Below are positions 30,925-42,832 of a stretch of 64,000 bases of DNA, piece by piece; position 1 is the stretch's first letter; each line of letters begins with the position of its first letter. The DNA is taken from positions 448,001-512,000 of the forward strand of contig CAXXUA010000006.1 of assembly GCA_963663765.2 (NCBI GenBank). The letters run 5' to 3'. The notes beneath the pieces were generated by a model. The model was not told the DNA's origin. It saw only the letters and a program-made list of their open reading frames with translations, and ran no database searches. Made by a program: the position numbers and the translations under genes. The stretch comes from Candidatus Poribacteria bacterium (GTDB lineage: Bacteria > Poribacteria > WGA-4E > WGA-3G).

Positions 30925-33900
30925 GTTATTGAAGGTGCAAAGGGAACTGGTGATGAAGGTACTGACGTTGCAATAGATAATATTGACGGTTGGTTCACGA
31001 TTGATAGTAACTCCGGACAGATCAGAACAAATTCACCCATAAGTCACGAATCGTGGAGTTCCTTCACTTTCACCGTTAAAGTGACTGATGGGAACGGTGG
31101 TAGTGACACGATCATTGTTACGGTTAATGTGAGAGATATCAACACCGCTTCCCCAGTGTTTACCGAGGGAGATTCTTCAACAAGGTCAATCCCAGAGAAT
31201 ACTGGTCCGAATGTCAACGTCGGTGCTCCTGTCACCGCCACGGATGCGGATGGTACGACATTATCATACACGATGAGACATTTAGATCTCGGTTTCTTTG
31301 ATCCAGATGTTTTCACAATTGACAGTGCAACCGGGCAGATAAAGACGAAATTACCGCTGGATTTTGAAACAAAGCGATCCTATAGAGTGAGTGTAACTGT
31401 ATGGGATGGTGATCATACCTTACCCCTTGTACGCACCGATAGAATTTTCATTAACATCAATATAAGCAATGTCAACGAAGCACCTATCATCAAGCAAGGC
31501 AGTTCTGCGACTTTCAGTGTGAATGAGAACACCGCTGCAGACACAAATATCGGTTCCCCTTTCACGGCATCCGATGAAGATGGCGATGACATATCTTGGT
31601 CACTTGATGGTACTGATAAGGATTCCTTTAATATTGATGAAAATACGGGGCAGGTTAAGACCAGTGATGCATTGGACTATGAGACAAAGAGATCCTATTC
31701 CATGAAAGTGGTTGCAAGTGATGGGAATAATGGAACAGATTCGCTTGATCTCACAATAACTCTGAATGACCTCTTTGAAAACCCACTGCTTGTGAATCGC
31801 ACACCCCATATCGCATGGAAAATCATATCAGAAACTGGTGTGAGTAATGAGGCTGAAATAACAGAAGCTCATCTCGCAGCAATTCAAAGATTGTTAATTA
31901 ATAGAACAAGCTTAAGTTCTCTTATGGAAGATGATTTTGATGGGTTATCAGGATTAACAAAACTTTTTTTATGGAACAATGAACTGACAAGTCTACCAGA
32001 AAACATATTTGATGGATTGTCAAATCTGGAACTCCTTGATCTGTCAAGTAACAGATTGACAAGTCTACCAGAAAACATATTTGATGGATTGTCAAATCTG
32101 GATCACCTTGAAATATATGGTAACGAACTGTCAAGCCTGTCAGCAGAGATATTTGATGGATTGTCCTCACTTAATTATTTAGACATGAGTTACATTGATG
32201 TGACAAGTCTACCGGATGGTATATTTATAGGGCTTACAGCGTTGGAGACCTTGGATCTTAATGGTAATGGAGTCAGAGATTCGGAGGGTAATAAAGACGT
32301 TCATATACCAGTAAGATTAGTAAAAGATGGCACTGGTGTGAAGGTGCAAATACCCATCGGTGCACCGTATGATGTGAGTGTTCCTGTTACGATTACAAAT
32401 GGCAGTCTGAGTGATAGTGCAACGAGTATTACTGTCTCTGCTGGAACAGTGGAAAGCAGTACTGTAAGCGTAACACGGACGGTTGGCACGACTGAACCTG
32501 TTACCGCGAATATCGGTACATTTTCAAGCCTACCAAGCGGGCATTCAGGCTATAAGTTCGTAAATGGATTGGATTCAGCGGTAACCATCATACCAAGGAA
32601 TGCCGCCAACGCTGCACCTATCTTCACTGATGGGACAGAGACGGCGCGAACCATCGCTGAAAATACCGCTGCGGATACCAACATCGGTACACCGATTGCC
32701 GCGACAGATGCAAATAGCGATACACTTACCTATACCCTAACTGGAACAGACGCTGCATCGTTTGATATTGTCAGCACGACCGGTCAGTTGAAAACAGAGG
32801 CTGCATTAGACTTTGAAACAAAGACCTTGTATACGGTAACCATTACTGTCTCTGATGGAAACGGTGGCTTAGATAGTATCACAGTTACTATAAATGTTAC
32901 CGATATAACCGTAAACAACGTACCAACCTTCACCGATGGGGCAAATACAACACGTTCAGTTGAAGAGAATACGGCTGCAGGTACAAACATCGGAACTGCT
33001 GTTGCTGCAACGGATGCGGATGGGGATACATTGGCTTATACACTTACCGGCACAGATGCGTCTTCGTTCTCAATCGTCAGCACAACCGGTCAACTGCAAA
33101 CGAGTGTTGCCCTTGACTATGAGACGAAGACATCCTATTCGGTCACCATAAAAGTTACAGCTGCAAATGAAGGTGGAAATGCCTCTATTGATGTCACCAT
33201 CAACGTCACGAACATCGTTGAAGATACATTGCTTGTAGGTCGTACGCCTGCGGTGGTAAAAGGTATCTTAGATAAGGCAAATCTTGAGAGTGCCGATTCA
33301 ATGACTGCAGAGATACTGAATGCACTTGATGGAACACTGGACTTAAGTGAAAAGAGTATCTCTTCCTTGAAGGAAGGTGATTTTGATGGATTATCGTCTG
33401 TTAAGCGCGTTGATTTGGATAATAATTCTTTGACAAGCCTACCGGATAATGTGTTCAAAGGGTTGACGGCAGTCACCTATATCGTCTTGAGTGCAAATCG
33501 CATATCAAGTATTTCGGAAGATGCTTTTGATGGATTATCCACATTAGAGGCACTCCGCCTCAGCTCTAATTCATTGTCAAGTTTAGACGTGAATGTGTTT
33601 GATGGGTTGTCCGCCTTGAAAGACCTCGGTTTAGGGGAAAATTCGCTGTCAAGTTTAGACGAGGACCTATTTGAGGACCTAACATCTCTTGAAATTCTAC
33701 GTCTCTCTTATAACGAACTGACGACTCTACCGGAAGATATTTTTGATGGATTAACCTCGCTTAAGGAACTTAATCTGCCCAAAAATGAGTTGACGAGTTT
33801 GCCATCCGGGTTATTTGATGGATTGTCTTCTCTTAATAAGATTTACTTATACCTGAACAAACTAACAAGTCTACCTGATGGTTTGCTGGAAGGACTTACA

Positions 33901-34624
33901 TCACTGACGAGATTTTGGGCTGAGGATAATACAACCGATCCGCTTAAATTCACGGTGAATCTTGTGTTGGATGGCAGTAGTGTGAAGGTGCAAATCCCTA
34001 TCGGGGTACCGAAAGACGTTGATATACCAATTACTATCACGAACGGTAGTCTGAGTGGGGATGTGACCAGCATCCGGGTACTTAAAGGTTCAGTTGAAAG
34101 CGAAGCGGTCGCTGTGATACGCACTGCAGGTACAACAGGTGCAGTTACAGCAGATATCGGCACTTTACCGAATCTTACCAGTAACAAGAACATATTTGAT
34201 GGGATTGCGCTTTCTAAAGCCTCCACAGGTCTACCGTTGACAGTATTTGCTGCTGGGGCTGCTCCTGCTCACCAGACACCAAATTCCACCGCATTACTCC
34301 CGAACTTCCCAAACCCGTTCAACCCTGAGACGTGGATACCTTATCAACTGGCAAATCCTGCAGATGTATCATTGACGATCTATAACATCCGTGGTGTTGT
34401 GGTGCGACAGATCGCGTTGAAACAGCAGCCTGCGGGGTTCTATACCACGCGTAGCCGCGCACTGCATTGGGATGGACGCAATGCGGTCGGTGAGAAAGTT
34501 GCGGGGGGTGTGTATTTCTATCATTTCAAGGCAGGCGAATATTCTGCCCTGCGGAAAATGTTGATTTTGAAGTAGTATTTTCACAGTGTAAGGCATGGCT
34601 TTTGTGTCCTGCCAAATAATATAA

Positions 34625-34692
34625 TAGGACTTACGCATTTCCTCTAAACGTTCCCTTGATAAGGGGATTTAGGGTGTAATGAGTAAGTCCTG
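34625..34692. mobile_element. 68-bp MITE in the C-D intergenic region
   Basis: Ends AGGACTTACGCA / TGAGTAAGTCCT, flanked by AATAATATAA / AATAAAATAA; absent from the homologous A-B junction, which has one AATAAAATAA. Confidence 0.75.
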
Positions 34693-34716
34693 AATAAAAT
34701 AAGTAAGGGGAATTGT

Positions 34717-37700
34717 ATGAATCGTCAATGTATTTTACCTATAACTATAACGCTCTTGTTAATGATTGGATTGTCAGCTTATAGCGACATAACACCCGTA
34801 TCAGACCGCACACCTGAAGTGCGTGACGCAATTGTCGCGGCAATATCAGATGTAGACAACGCAGCAGAGGTAACCGAAGCACATCTCGCTGCAATCACAA
34901 CACTTGACCTACGCAACAAAGGCATTACCGAACTACAATCAGGCGATTTTTCGGGACTTACTGGACTTACCAATCTCAACCTATACAACAACGAACTGAG
35001 CAGCCTTCCAGATGGTATCTTTGAAGGGCTGGCTGCTTTGACAACCCTCCGTTTAGGGAGCAACACCGTTAATCCGATGCCGATAACAGTAGCCATTGAG
35101 AAAGTCGGAACAGATCAGATCAAGGCAGTTGCACCCACAGGCGCACCGTTTAGGATTGTAGTGCCAATTTCGGCAACCAACGGTAGTATTGCAGATAGTG
35201 CAACTTCGCTGACTATCGCCAAGGGTCGCGCAGAGAGCAGCACTGTCACCGTAACACGCACCGCTAACTCAACCGAAGCCGTAACAGCAGACATTGGAAC
35301 ACTGCCCAGTTTGCCAATAAATCATTACGGCTATGTGTTGAGTAAATCTGCTAATCTGCTACTGGAAGTTATCTCAGATATTAGCACAACAGAAGAAGAA
35401 CAGACGACACCTACCCCACCCGTAGTAGAAGAAACAGAAACACCTGTACAAAACGCTGCCCCAACCTTTTCAGACGGTAGTTCAGCAGTCCGATCCATCG
35501 CAGAGAACACAGCATCAGATATGAACATCGGCACTCCCGTAGCAGCAACGGACGCAAACGAAGATACGCTCACCTATACACTTGATGGTATAGACGCAGC
35601 ATCATTTGCTGTTGACAGTACGACAGGACAACTCAAGACAAAAGCAATTTTAGACTATGAAACAAAACGTATCTATACCCTCACAATCACTGCTTCTGAT
35701 GGCAGTCTTACAGGCACAATCTCTGTCATTATTAGCGTCATAGATGTTGCAGAAACCACGATTGTCTCAAATACACTCTCTTTGAACGATCGCACGCCAG
35801 TTGTCCGCAATGCCATCGTCGCAGCGATCCCCGATGTTGATGACCCAAATGATGTTACCGAAACCCATCTCGCCACAATCACTTCTCTCAGTTTACTGAA
35901 TGCCAATATAACAGAACTCAAAACAGGGGACTTTAGCGGACTATCCGCAGTCTCTAATCTCAACCTATACGGCAATATGTTAAGTAGTCTGCCGAATGGT
36001 ATCTTTCAAGGGTTAACCGGATTATCAACGTTACGCTTAGGAGGCAATGCTGTTGATCCGATGCCGTTGACTGTGGCATTGCAGCAAGACAGCAATGGTG
36101 AGTTTAAGGCAGTGGTTCCCGTAGGGGCACCGTTTGATATTATGCTTCAAATTAACGGCAGCACCATAACAATCCCGAAAGGTAGCATTGCAAGTGAAAC
36201 ATTTATGTCGGCTGATATTCCCAATATAGATGGACTGCCAACACGACCAAAAACGCATTTCGGGTATATCCTCACCAAATCCGATGTGTGTAACCGTACA
36301 CAGCAAGTGTCAGATACGATCACCGAGGTAGTACCACACATAACAGATTGTCGGAATGTAAGTGATGTGCATCTCGCAGCGATCACAAGCCTGGATCTTA
36401 GCGGTATGTCGATAGACTCGCTGATGTCAGGCGACTTCGCAAGATTATACACACTTCACACACTCAATTTGAGTAACAACCAGCTGACAAGTCTACCCGA
36501 TAGTATTTTCAGTGGCTTGAAAACGCTGGATGAACTCAACCTGAGTGTCAATGCCGTTGACCCGTTGCCGCTTTCAGTCAGAGTGCAAAAGGTCGGTAAC
36601 AATAGCATCAAAGTCGTTGTGCCGACAGGTGCACCTTTTGATATGCGTTTGCCTATCACTGTCGTGAACGGCAGTACGATCGGTAGTAGTATGCTGATTG
36701 TGCAAAAGGGTATGACGGAAAGCGATACACTTCTCGTAACACGCAACGATAATACATTATCTGCCGTTACCGTTGACCTTGGCACATTGCCGAACCTTCC
36801 ATCGCTACATACAGGATATTCGCTTACGAAATCTAACACAGAACCGCTTGAGATTTTTAGTGAAAACAATGTTGCACCAGTGTTCACAGATGGAACAAGC
36901 ACGACACGTACCATCGCAGAGAACTCTGTAGCTAACAGAAACATCGGTGCTGCTATAACAGCGACTGATGCGAATAACGACACATTGAGATATACACTCA
37001 GCGGCACAGATGCCGACTCGTTTAGTATAGTCAGCACAACTGGACAACTCCAAACAAAGTCCGATCTAGACTACGAAACGAAGACCACCTATTCGGTAAA
37101 CATCACAGTCTCCGATGGCAGTTTGACCGATGCAATCGCTGTCACCATCAACGTAACAGATGTGTCGGAGAACCACGCACCTGTATTCACCGAGGGAGAT
37201 TCTGCCACGCGTTCTATTTCTGAGAACACAGATGCTGGTACAAATATCGGTAGCCCTATCATCGCTACAGATGCGGATGATGACAGGCTTAACTATACGC
37301 TTAGTGGAACAGATGCCGTTGATTTTGAAATTGACAGAGGAACAGGACAACTCAAAGCAAAGTCCGATCTTGACTACGAAACGAAGACCACTTATTCAGT
37401 AACAGTTAATGTCTCCGATGGCAGTTTGACCGATATAATTTCTGTCACCATCAATATCACAAACATAGACGAAACACCGCCAAAACCGGTTATAGATGAT
37501 GATATTGTCATTACACCAGATGATGATGATATTGTCATTACACCAGATGATGATACACCACCAATACAGAATACGCTACCCAACAACGCGCCTGTGTTCA
37601 CCGATGGTGCCAGCACAACCCGGTCTGTTGAGGAAAACACAGGCTCAGGCGTAGACATCGGTTCAGCAATATCTGCTACTGACGAGGATAATGATACTTT

Positions 37701-40700
37701 GACCTACAGCCTTGATGGAACGGATGCATCCTCGTTCAGCATAGACAGCAGTTCCGGACAATTGCGGACAAGCGCACCGTTGGATTATGAGGACAAAACA
37801 TCTTACTCGGTTACCGTCTCTGTGACTGATGGCGAAGGTGGTAGCGATTCAATCTCGGTCACCATCAACATCACGAATGTCGACGAATCACCCACGAATA
37901 ACGCGCCTGTGTTCACCGATGGCAGTAGCACAACCCGGTCTGTTGAGGAAAACACCAGTTCAGGCGTAGAGATCGGTTCAGCCGTCTCTGCGACTGATGT
38001 AGATGACGATACACTAACATACACACTCAGCGGCACGGATGCATCCTCGTTCAGCATAGACAGCAGTTCTGGGCAGCTGCAGACAAGTACACAACTGAAT
38101 TATGAAGAGAAAACATCTTATTCAGTGACCGTGTCTGTGACTGACGGCAATGGTGGTAACGATTCTATTGCTGTCACGATAAACGTCACAGATGTGAATG
38201 AAGCACCTGAATTCTCCGATGGTGATACCACAAACCGATCCATCGCAGAAAACACAACGGCGAATACAAACATCGGTTCTGCTGTTTCCGCGACTGATGT
38301 GGATGGCGATACGTTGACTTATACGCTCAGCGGCACTAATGCAACGGATTTCAATATTGAAAGCTCGACCGGGCAGCTGAAGACCAAATCTCCGTTAGAC
38401 TATGAGCTCAATACCTCTTATTCCGTGACGATTACCGTTTCCGATGGTAATCTTGAGGATACAATCGTAGTCACTATCAATGTTACCAATTTAGACGAAA
38501 CACCGTCAAACAATGCACCCGTGTTCTCCGATGGCAATAGCACTACGCGTTCCGTTGACGAAAATACGCCATCAGGCACAAATATCGGCTCAGCTGTCTC
38601 TGCAACTGATGCGGATAACAACACGCTAACTTATACGTTCAGCGGAGACGATGCCTCATCGTTTAGCATTGTTAGCACGACCGGGCAGCTAAAAACGAAT
38701 GCTGCACTGAACCACGAAGAAAATGCGTCCTATTCTGTTACTGTCACCGTGAACGATGGCACACTTCAAGACACTATCACTGTCACAATCAACGTCAATG
38801 ATGTGAACGATGCACCCGTGTATGCATCAAGTAGTGCGACGCGCTCTATTGATGAAAATACTGCTATAGGCACAAATATCGGTGCTGCGTTCACTGCAAC
38901 GGATGAGGACAACGATACGTTGGCATACGCACTGAGTGGACCGAATGCTAGTTCTTTTGACATTGATAGCACCACAGGACAACTAAAAACGAAGACAGCC
39001 CTGGATTATGAGACAAAAACCTCCTATTCGGTGACTATTACTGTGACCGATGATGATGAGGATAATCCGCTCTCTGACTCTATATCGGTTACGGTCACTA
39101 TCAATAATTTAGACGAGAACCGAGCACCTGTGTTCACCGAAGGCACAAGCACAACCCGCTCAATCGTTGAAAATACGGGTTCGGGTGTGAATATCGGTTC
39201 TGCTGTTTCTGCAACGGATATTGATAACGACACTTTGGAATACTCACTCGGTGGCACGGATGCAAGTTCGTTCCGTATTGATAGCACATCGGGGCAGCTA
39301 CGAACAAGGACAGCACTAAATTACGAGGATGATTCCTCCTATTCTGTCACAATTACCGTTGACGATAACAACGGCGGTGAGGATACTATCAACGTGACGA
39401 TAAACGTTACCGATAGGAATGATCCTCCTGTTTTCGTATCCAATAGTGTAACCCGTAGCGTTGTGGAAAACACGGCAGCAGACACAAACATTGGTTCTCC
39501 TATTACTGCCACAGATGAAGACAACGACACATTGGAATACTCCCTCGGCGGTGATGATGCAAGTGAATTTGACATTGTTAGCACGACAGGACAACTAAAA
39601 ACAAAAGCGGCACTGGATTATGAGACAAAAGCCTCCTATTCAGTTATTGTCACTGCGAAAGATGGAGATAATGCCGATGACACTATCAACGTTACAATCA
39701 ACGTCACGAATGTAGACGAAGTTCCCATAGTCGTTAATAACGCACCTACATTCACAGAAGGAAATAGCACCACGCGGTCTGTTGATGAAAATACAGGTTC
39801 GGGTGTGAATATCGGATCTGCTGTTTCTGCAACTGATGCGGATAACGACACTTTGGAATACTCCCTCGGTGGCGCGGATGCAAGTTCGTTCCGTATTGAT
39901 AGCACATCGGGGCAGCTACGAACAAGGACAGCACTAAATTATGAGGATGATTCCTCCTATTCTGTTACAATTACCGTTGACGATAACAACGGCGGTGAGG
40001 ATACTATCAACGTGACGATAAACGTTACCGATAGGAATGATCCCCCTGTTTTCGCATCCAATAGTGTAACCCGTAGCGTTGTGGAAAACACGGCAGCAGA
40101 CACAAACATCGGTTCTCCTATTACTGCCACAGATGAAGACAACGACACATTGGAATACTCCCTCGGCGGTGATGATGCAAGTGAATTTGACATTGTTAGC
40201 ACGACAGGACAACTAAAAACAAAAGCGGCACTGGATTATGAGACAAAAGCCTCCTATTCAGTTATTGTCACTGCGAAAGATGGAGATAATGCCGATGACA
40301 CTATCAACGTTACAATCAACGTCACGAATGTAGACGAAGTTCCCATAGTCGTTAATAACGCACCTACATTCACAGAAGGAAATAGCACCACGCGGTCTGT
40401 TGATGAAAACACGAATTCTGGAGTGAATATCGGTAGTCCAATTGCTGCGACAGATGACGATAACAATAATTTGACATACACACTCCATGGTACGGATGCT
40501 TCTATTTTCAGTATTGTCAGGACATCAGGGCAGTTGAAAACGAATACTGCGCTGAATTACGAAATGAAGGATACCTATTCCGTTACAATCACTGTCAATG
40601 ATGGAAATGGTGGTGAAGATACAATATCGGTCACTATCAATGTCAACGATGTCAGCGAACCGCCTGTATTCACGGATAGTTTCCCAGCGTCGCGTTCTAT

Positions 40701-42420
40701 CGCTGAAAATACGGGTGCTGGTGAAAATGTTGGCGCACCGATCGCCGCTACCGATGACGATGGGGATTCCATCCGATATAGACATGCTGGATTGGATCAG
40801 GACTCGTTTGATATTGTGAGAAGCACAGGACAGTTGAAAACAAAAGCCCCACTGGATCATGAAACGAAGGATACATATAGAGTATTAGTGTGGGCGGATA
40901 CAAACGATAAGAGCACTCCGATGAATGTCATTATCAGCATCACCGATGTAAATGAAGCACCTGTGTTTGACGATGGCGATAGCATCACGTTGTCTGTTGA
41001 TGAGAATACCGCTACAAACACAAATTTAGGTGCCCCTGTGACCGCGACAGATGAAGATGATGACGATACCCTTACTTACACGCTTAGTGGCACGGATGCT
41101 GCCTCCTTTGGTATTGATAGCACCACCGGACAACTGAAAACGAGTGCTGCACTCAATCACGAAACGAAGGACTCCTACTCCGTGACTATCACCGTAACTG
41201 ATGGTGACACAGATGATCCACTATCCGACAGTATTACTGTCAATATTCAAGTGAGAGATGTTCTGGAAAATAACCTGCTCACCAATCGCACGGAAAAGAT
41301 TGCAAGAGAAATAATCAATGTCACTGGACAGACGCATGAGACTGATATTACCGCTGAACATCTCGCAGCGATTGAGGAACTGTACCTAGATTCAAAACAG
41401 ATAAGTTCGCTCAAAAATGGAGATTTTTCTGGGTTGACAGGTCTTGTCAACTTATACTTAGGACATAATGAAATAACCAGTTTTCCTGAAGATGTGTTTG
41501 ATGGACTTTCGAATTTAACAGTGCTTTTTATTGATAACAATCCTTTTACCAGCTTGCCTGAAAATATATTTGATGGATTATCCTCTCTTGAAAAATTGTG
41601 GATAGAAAGTTCAGAAATAACGAGTTTCCCAGCAGGTCTGTTTGATGGATTGTCGTCTCTAACATACCTTGTTGCTGGACGTTCACTTCATACAGGTCTG
41701 CCTGACGGTATTTTTGAAGGTTTAACTTCTTTGATGGTTGTACAGGTGCATAGTAATTTGACAGACTCAGAGGGTCAATTTATAGATTGGTTTGATCTGA
41801 CTGTGGAATTAGAGCTGGTTGAATCGGGGAAAATAAAAGCGTCTATCCGCACGGGGGCACCGTTCAGTATTGAAGTGCCACTTACCGTCACGAATGGGAG
41901 TCTCGGTGATGGTGCCACCAGCATCACAATTCCTACTGGTAGCATCGAAAGCAGTGAATTGACGGTGACACGCACCGCTGGTACAACTGCGGCAGTTACG
42001 GTAGGTATGGGTGATTTACCTGACATACCGGGACACGGACCTCATACGGGATACAATCTGGTAAAACCGACGAACCTGCCCTTGACGGTGATTGATGCAG
42101 GGGCTGCTCCTGCTTACCAGAAACCAAATTCAACTGCACTGTTCCCTAACTTTCCCAACCCGTTCAATCCTGAGACGTGGATACCTTATCAACTTGCAAA
42201 ACCTGCAGATGTGTCTTTGACGATCTCTGACATCAGAGGTGTTGTTGTGCGGACGTTGACGTTGGGACATGTGCCTACGGGTGTGTATACCACTCGTAGC
42301 CGTGCTATCCATTGGGATGGTCGGAATGTGTTTGGTGAAAAGGTTGCTGGTGGCATGTATTTCTATGTTCTAAAAGCAGGGGATTATTCTGCCACGCGGA
42401 AAATGTTGATTGTGAAGTAA
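34717..42420 (+). CDS. Giant LRR/cadherin-repeat secreted protein D (2567 aa)
   Basis: Same upstream region and signal peptide as B; 15 cadherin-like repeats, late LRR block and CTD. Confidence 0.92.
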   Translation: MNRQCILPITITLLLMIGLSAYSDITPVSDRTPEVRDAIVAAISDVDNAAEVTEAHLAAITTLDLRNKGITELQSGDFSGLTGLTNLNLYNNELSSLPDGIFEGLAALTTLRLGSNTVNPMPITVAIEKVGTDQIKAVAPTGAPFRIVVPISATNGSIADSATSLTIAKGRAESSTVTVTRTANSTEAVTADIGTLPSLPINHYGYVLSKSANLLLEVISDISTTEEEQTTPTPPVVEETETPVQNAAPTFSDGSSAVRSIAENTASDMNIGTPVAATDANEDTLTYTLDGIDAASFAVDSTTGQLKTKAILDYETKRIYTLTITASDGSLTGTISVIISVIDVAETTIVSNTLSLNDRTPVVRNAIVAAIPDVDDPNDVTETHLATITSLSLLNANITELKTGDFSGLSAVSNLNLYGNMLSSLPNGIFQGLTGLSTLRLGGNAVDPMPLTVALQQDSNGEFKAVVPVGAPFDIMLQINGSTITIPKGSIASETFMSADIPNIDGLPTRPKTHFGYILTKSDVCNRTQQVSDTITEVVPHITDCRNVSDVHLAAITSLDLSGMSIDSLMSGDFARLYTLHTLNLSNNQLTSLPDSIFSGLKTLDELNLSVNAVDPLPLSVRVQKVGNNSIKVVVPTGAPFDMRLPITVVNGSTIGSSMLIVQKGMTESDTLLVTRNDNTLSAVTVDLGTLPNLPSLHTGYSLTKSNTEPLEIFSENNVAPVFTDGTSTTRTIAENSVANRNIGAAITATDANNDTLRYTLSGTDADSFSIVSTTGQLQTKSDLDYETKTTYSVNITVSDGSLTDAIAVTINVTDVSENHAPVFTEGDSATRSISENTDAGTNIGSPIIATDADDDRLNYTLSGTDAVDFEIDRGTGQLKAKSDLDYETKTTYSVTVNVSDGSLTDIISVTINITNIDETPPKPVIDDDIVITPDDDDIVITPDDDTPPIQNTLPNNAPVFTDGASTTRSVEENTGSGVDIGSAISATDEDNDTLTYSLDGTDASSFSIDSSSGQLRTSAPLDYEDKTSYSVTVSVTDGEGGSDSISVTINITNVDESPTNNAPVFTDGSSTTRSVEENTSSGVEIGSAVSATDVDDDTLTYTLSGTDASSFSIDSSSGQLQTSTQLNYEEKTSYSVTVSVTDGNGGNDSIAVTINVTDVNEAPEFSDGDTTNRSIAENTTANTNIGSAVSATDVDGDTLTYTLSGTNATDFNIESSTGQLKTKSPLDYELNTSYSVTITVSDGNLEDTIVVTINVTNLDETPSNNAPVFSDGNSTTRSVDENTPSGTNIGSAVSATDADNNTLTYTFSGDDASSFSIVSTTGQLKTNAALNHEENASYSVTVTVNDGTLQDTITVTINVNDVNDAPVYASSSATRSIDENTAIGTNIGAAFTATDEDNDTLAYALSGPNASSFDIDSTTGQLKTKTALDYETKTSYSVTITVTDDDEDNPLSDSISVTVTINNLDENRAPVFTEGTSTTRSIVENTGSGVNIGSAVSATDIDNDTLEYSLGGTDASSFRIDSTSGQLRTRTALNYEDDSSYSVTITVDDNNGGEDTINVTINVTDRNDPPVFVSNSVTRSVVENTAADTNIGSPITATDEDNDTLEYSLGGDDASEFDIVSTTGQLKTKAALDYETKASYSVIVTAKDGDNADDTINVTINVTNVDEVPIVVNNAPTFTEGNSTTRSVDENTGSGVNIGSAVSATDADNDTLEYSLGGADASSFRIDSTSGQLRTRTALNYEDDSSYSVTITVDDNNGGEDTINVTINVTDRNDPPVFASNSVTRSVVENTAADTNIGSPITATDEDNDTLEYSLGGDDASEFDIVSTTGQLKTKAALDYETKASYSVIVTAKDGDNADDTINVTINVTNVDEVPIVVNNAPTFTEGNSTTRSVDENTNSGVNIGSPIAATDDDNNNLTYTLHGTDASIFSIVRTSGQLKTNTALNYEMKDTYSVTITVNDGNGGEDTISVTINVNDVSEPPVFTDSFPASRSIAENTGAGENVGAPIAATDDDGDSIRYRHAGLDQDSFDIVRSTGQLKTKAPLDHETKDTYRVLVWADTNDKSTPMNVIISITDVNEAPVFDDGDSITLSVDENTATNTNLGAPVTATDEDDDDTLTYTLSGTDAASFGIDSTTGQLKTSAALNHETKDSYSVTITVTDGDTDDPLSDSITVNIQVRDVLENNLLTNRTEKIAREIINVTGQTHETDITAEHLAAIEELYLDSKQISSLKNGDFSGLTGLVNLYLGHNEITSFPEDVFDGLSNLTVLFIDNNPFTSLPENIFDGLSSLEKLWIESSEITSFPAGLFDGLSSLTYLVAGRSLHTGLPDGIFEGLTSLMVVQVHSNLTDSEGQFIDWFDLTVELELVESGKIKASIRTGAPFSIEVPLTVTNGSLGDGATSITIPTGSIESSELTVTRTAGTTAAVTVGMGDLPDIPGHGPHTGYNLVKPTNLPLTVIDAGAAPAYQKPNSTALFPNFPNPFNPETWIPYQLAKPADVSLTISDIRGVVVRTLTLGHVPTGVYTTRSRAIHWDGRNVFGEKVAGGMYFYVLKAGDYSATRKMLIVK
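39175..40410 (+). repeat. 618-bp tandem duplication (two-cadherin unit x2) in D
   Basis: TCGGGTGTGAATATCGG at 39181 and 39799; duplicated protein segment ...LNYEDDSSY...LDYETKASY...VPIVVNNAPTF. Confidence 0.9.
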
Positions 42421-42771
42421 TTTGAAAACGCTTATCAAGGTTTTGTATACGATATCCGAGACGTATCTGCCAAAACAGTGTGCAGAGATGAATGTCAGTC
42501 TTTTCACTATATTGCGCAAGATCTTCCGCATTCTATCGTTTACTTGCAGTGCCCAATGATATACTTTCTTGATATTTTCTGATACGCTGGACTGAATGAG
42601 ATGCACAATATTCGCAGATGTATTTTAGACGGAATTATCTTTTGATAAGGAGTTATCAAAACCTATTTCATCTATAAAACAAGCATATTCTATTCCAACC
42701 ACTAATCTCATTACTTAGTTAACACTTATCTTCTGTGAGACACTCTCATGCGTGTGTAATAATGTGTGAGG

Positions 42772-42814
42772 TTTCTCTTGTGTGAGGGGTTTTCAACCCC
42801 TCACACAAGAGAAA
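42772..42814. terminator. Perfect 20-bp hairpin (terminator-like or repeat element)
   Basis: TTTCTCTTGTGTGAGGGGTT-TTC-AACCCCTCACACAAGAGAAA. Confidence 0.55.
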
Positions 42815-42832
42815 ATGCCAACACTTTTTTCT

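Larger units (their letters stand above)
21954..34575 (+). pseudogene. Giant LRR/cadherin protein C (~3765 aa when restored), interrupted by an ISAs1-family IS
   Basis: ORFs 21954-29660 and 31081-34575 join in frame (...TYTIVIE|GAKGTGDEG...FTVKVTDG) after removing the IS and one 9-bp duplication; 23 cadherin-like repeats, two late LRR blocks and CTD. Confidence 0.92.

Noticed and set aside
31081-34575. Independent 1164-aa gene
   Set aside because: It has no signal peptide and starts mid-cadherin; it is the in-frame continuation of gene C beyond the IS
42370-42606. 78-aa minus-strand ORF after adhesin D
   Set aside because: It overlaps D's 3' end and has no recognisable motif or RBS
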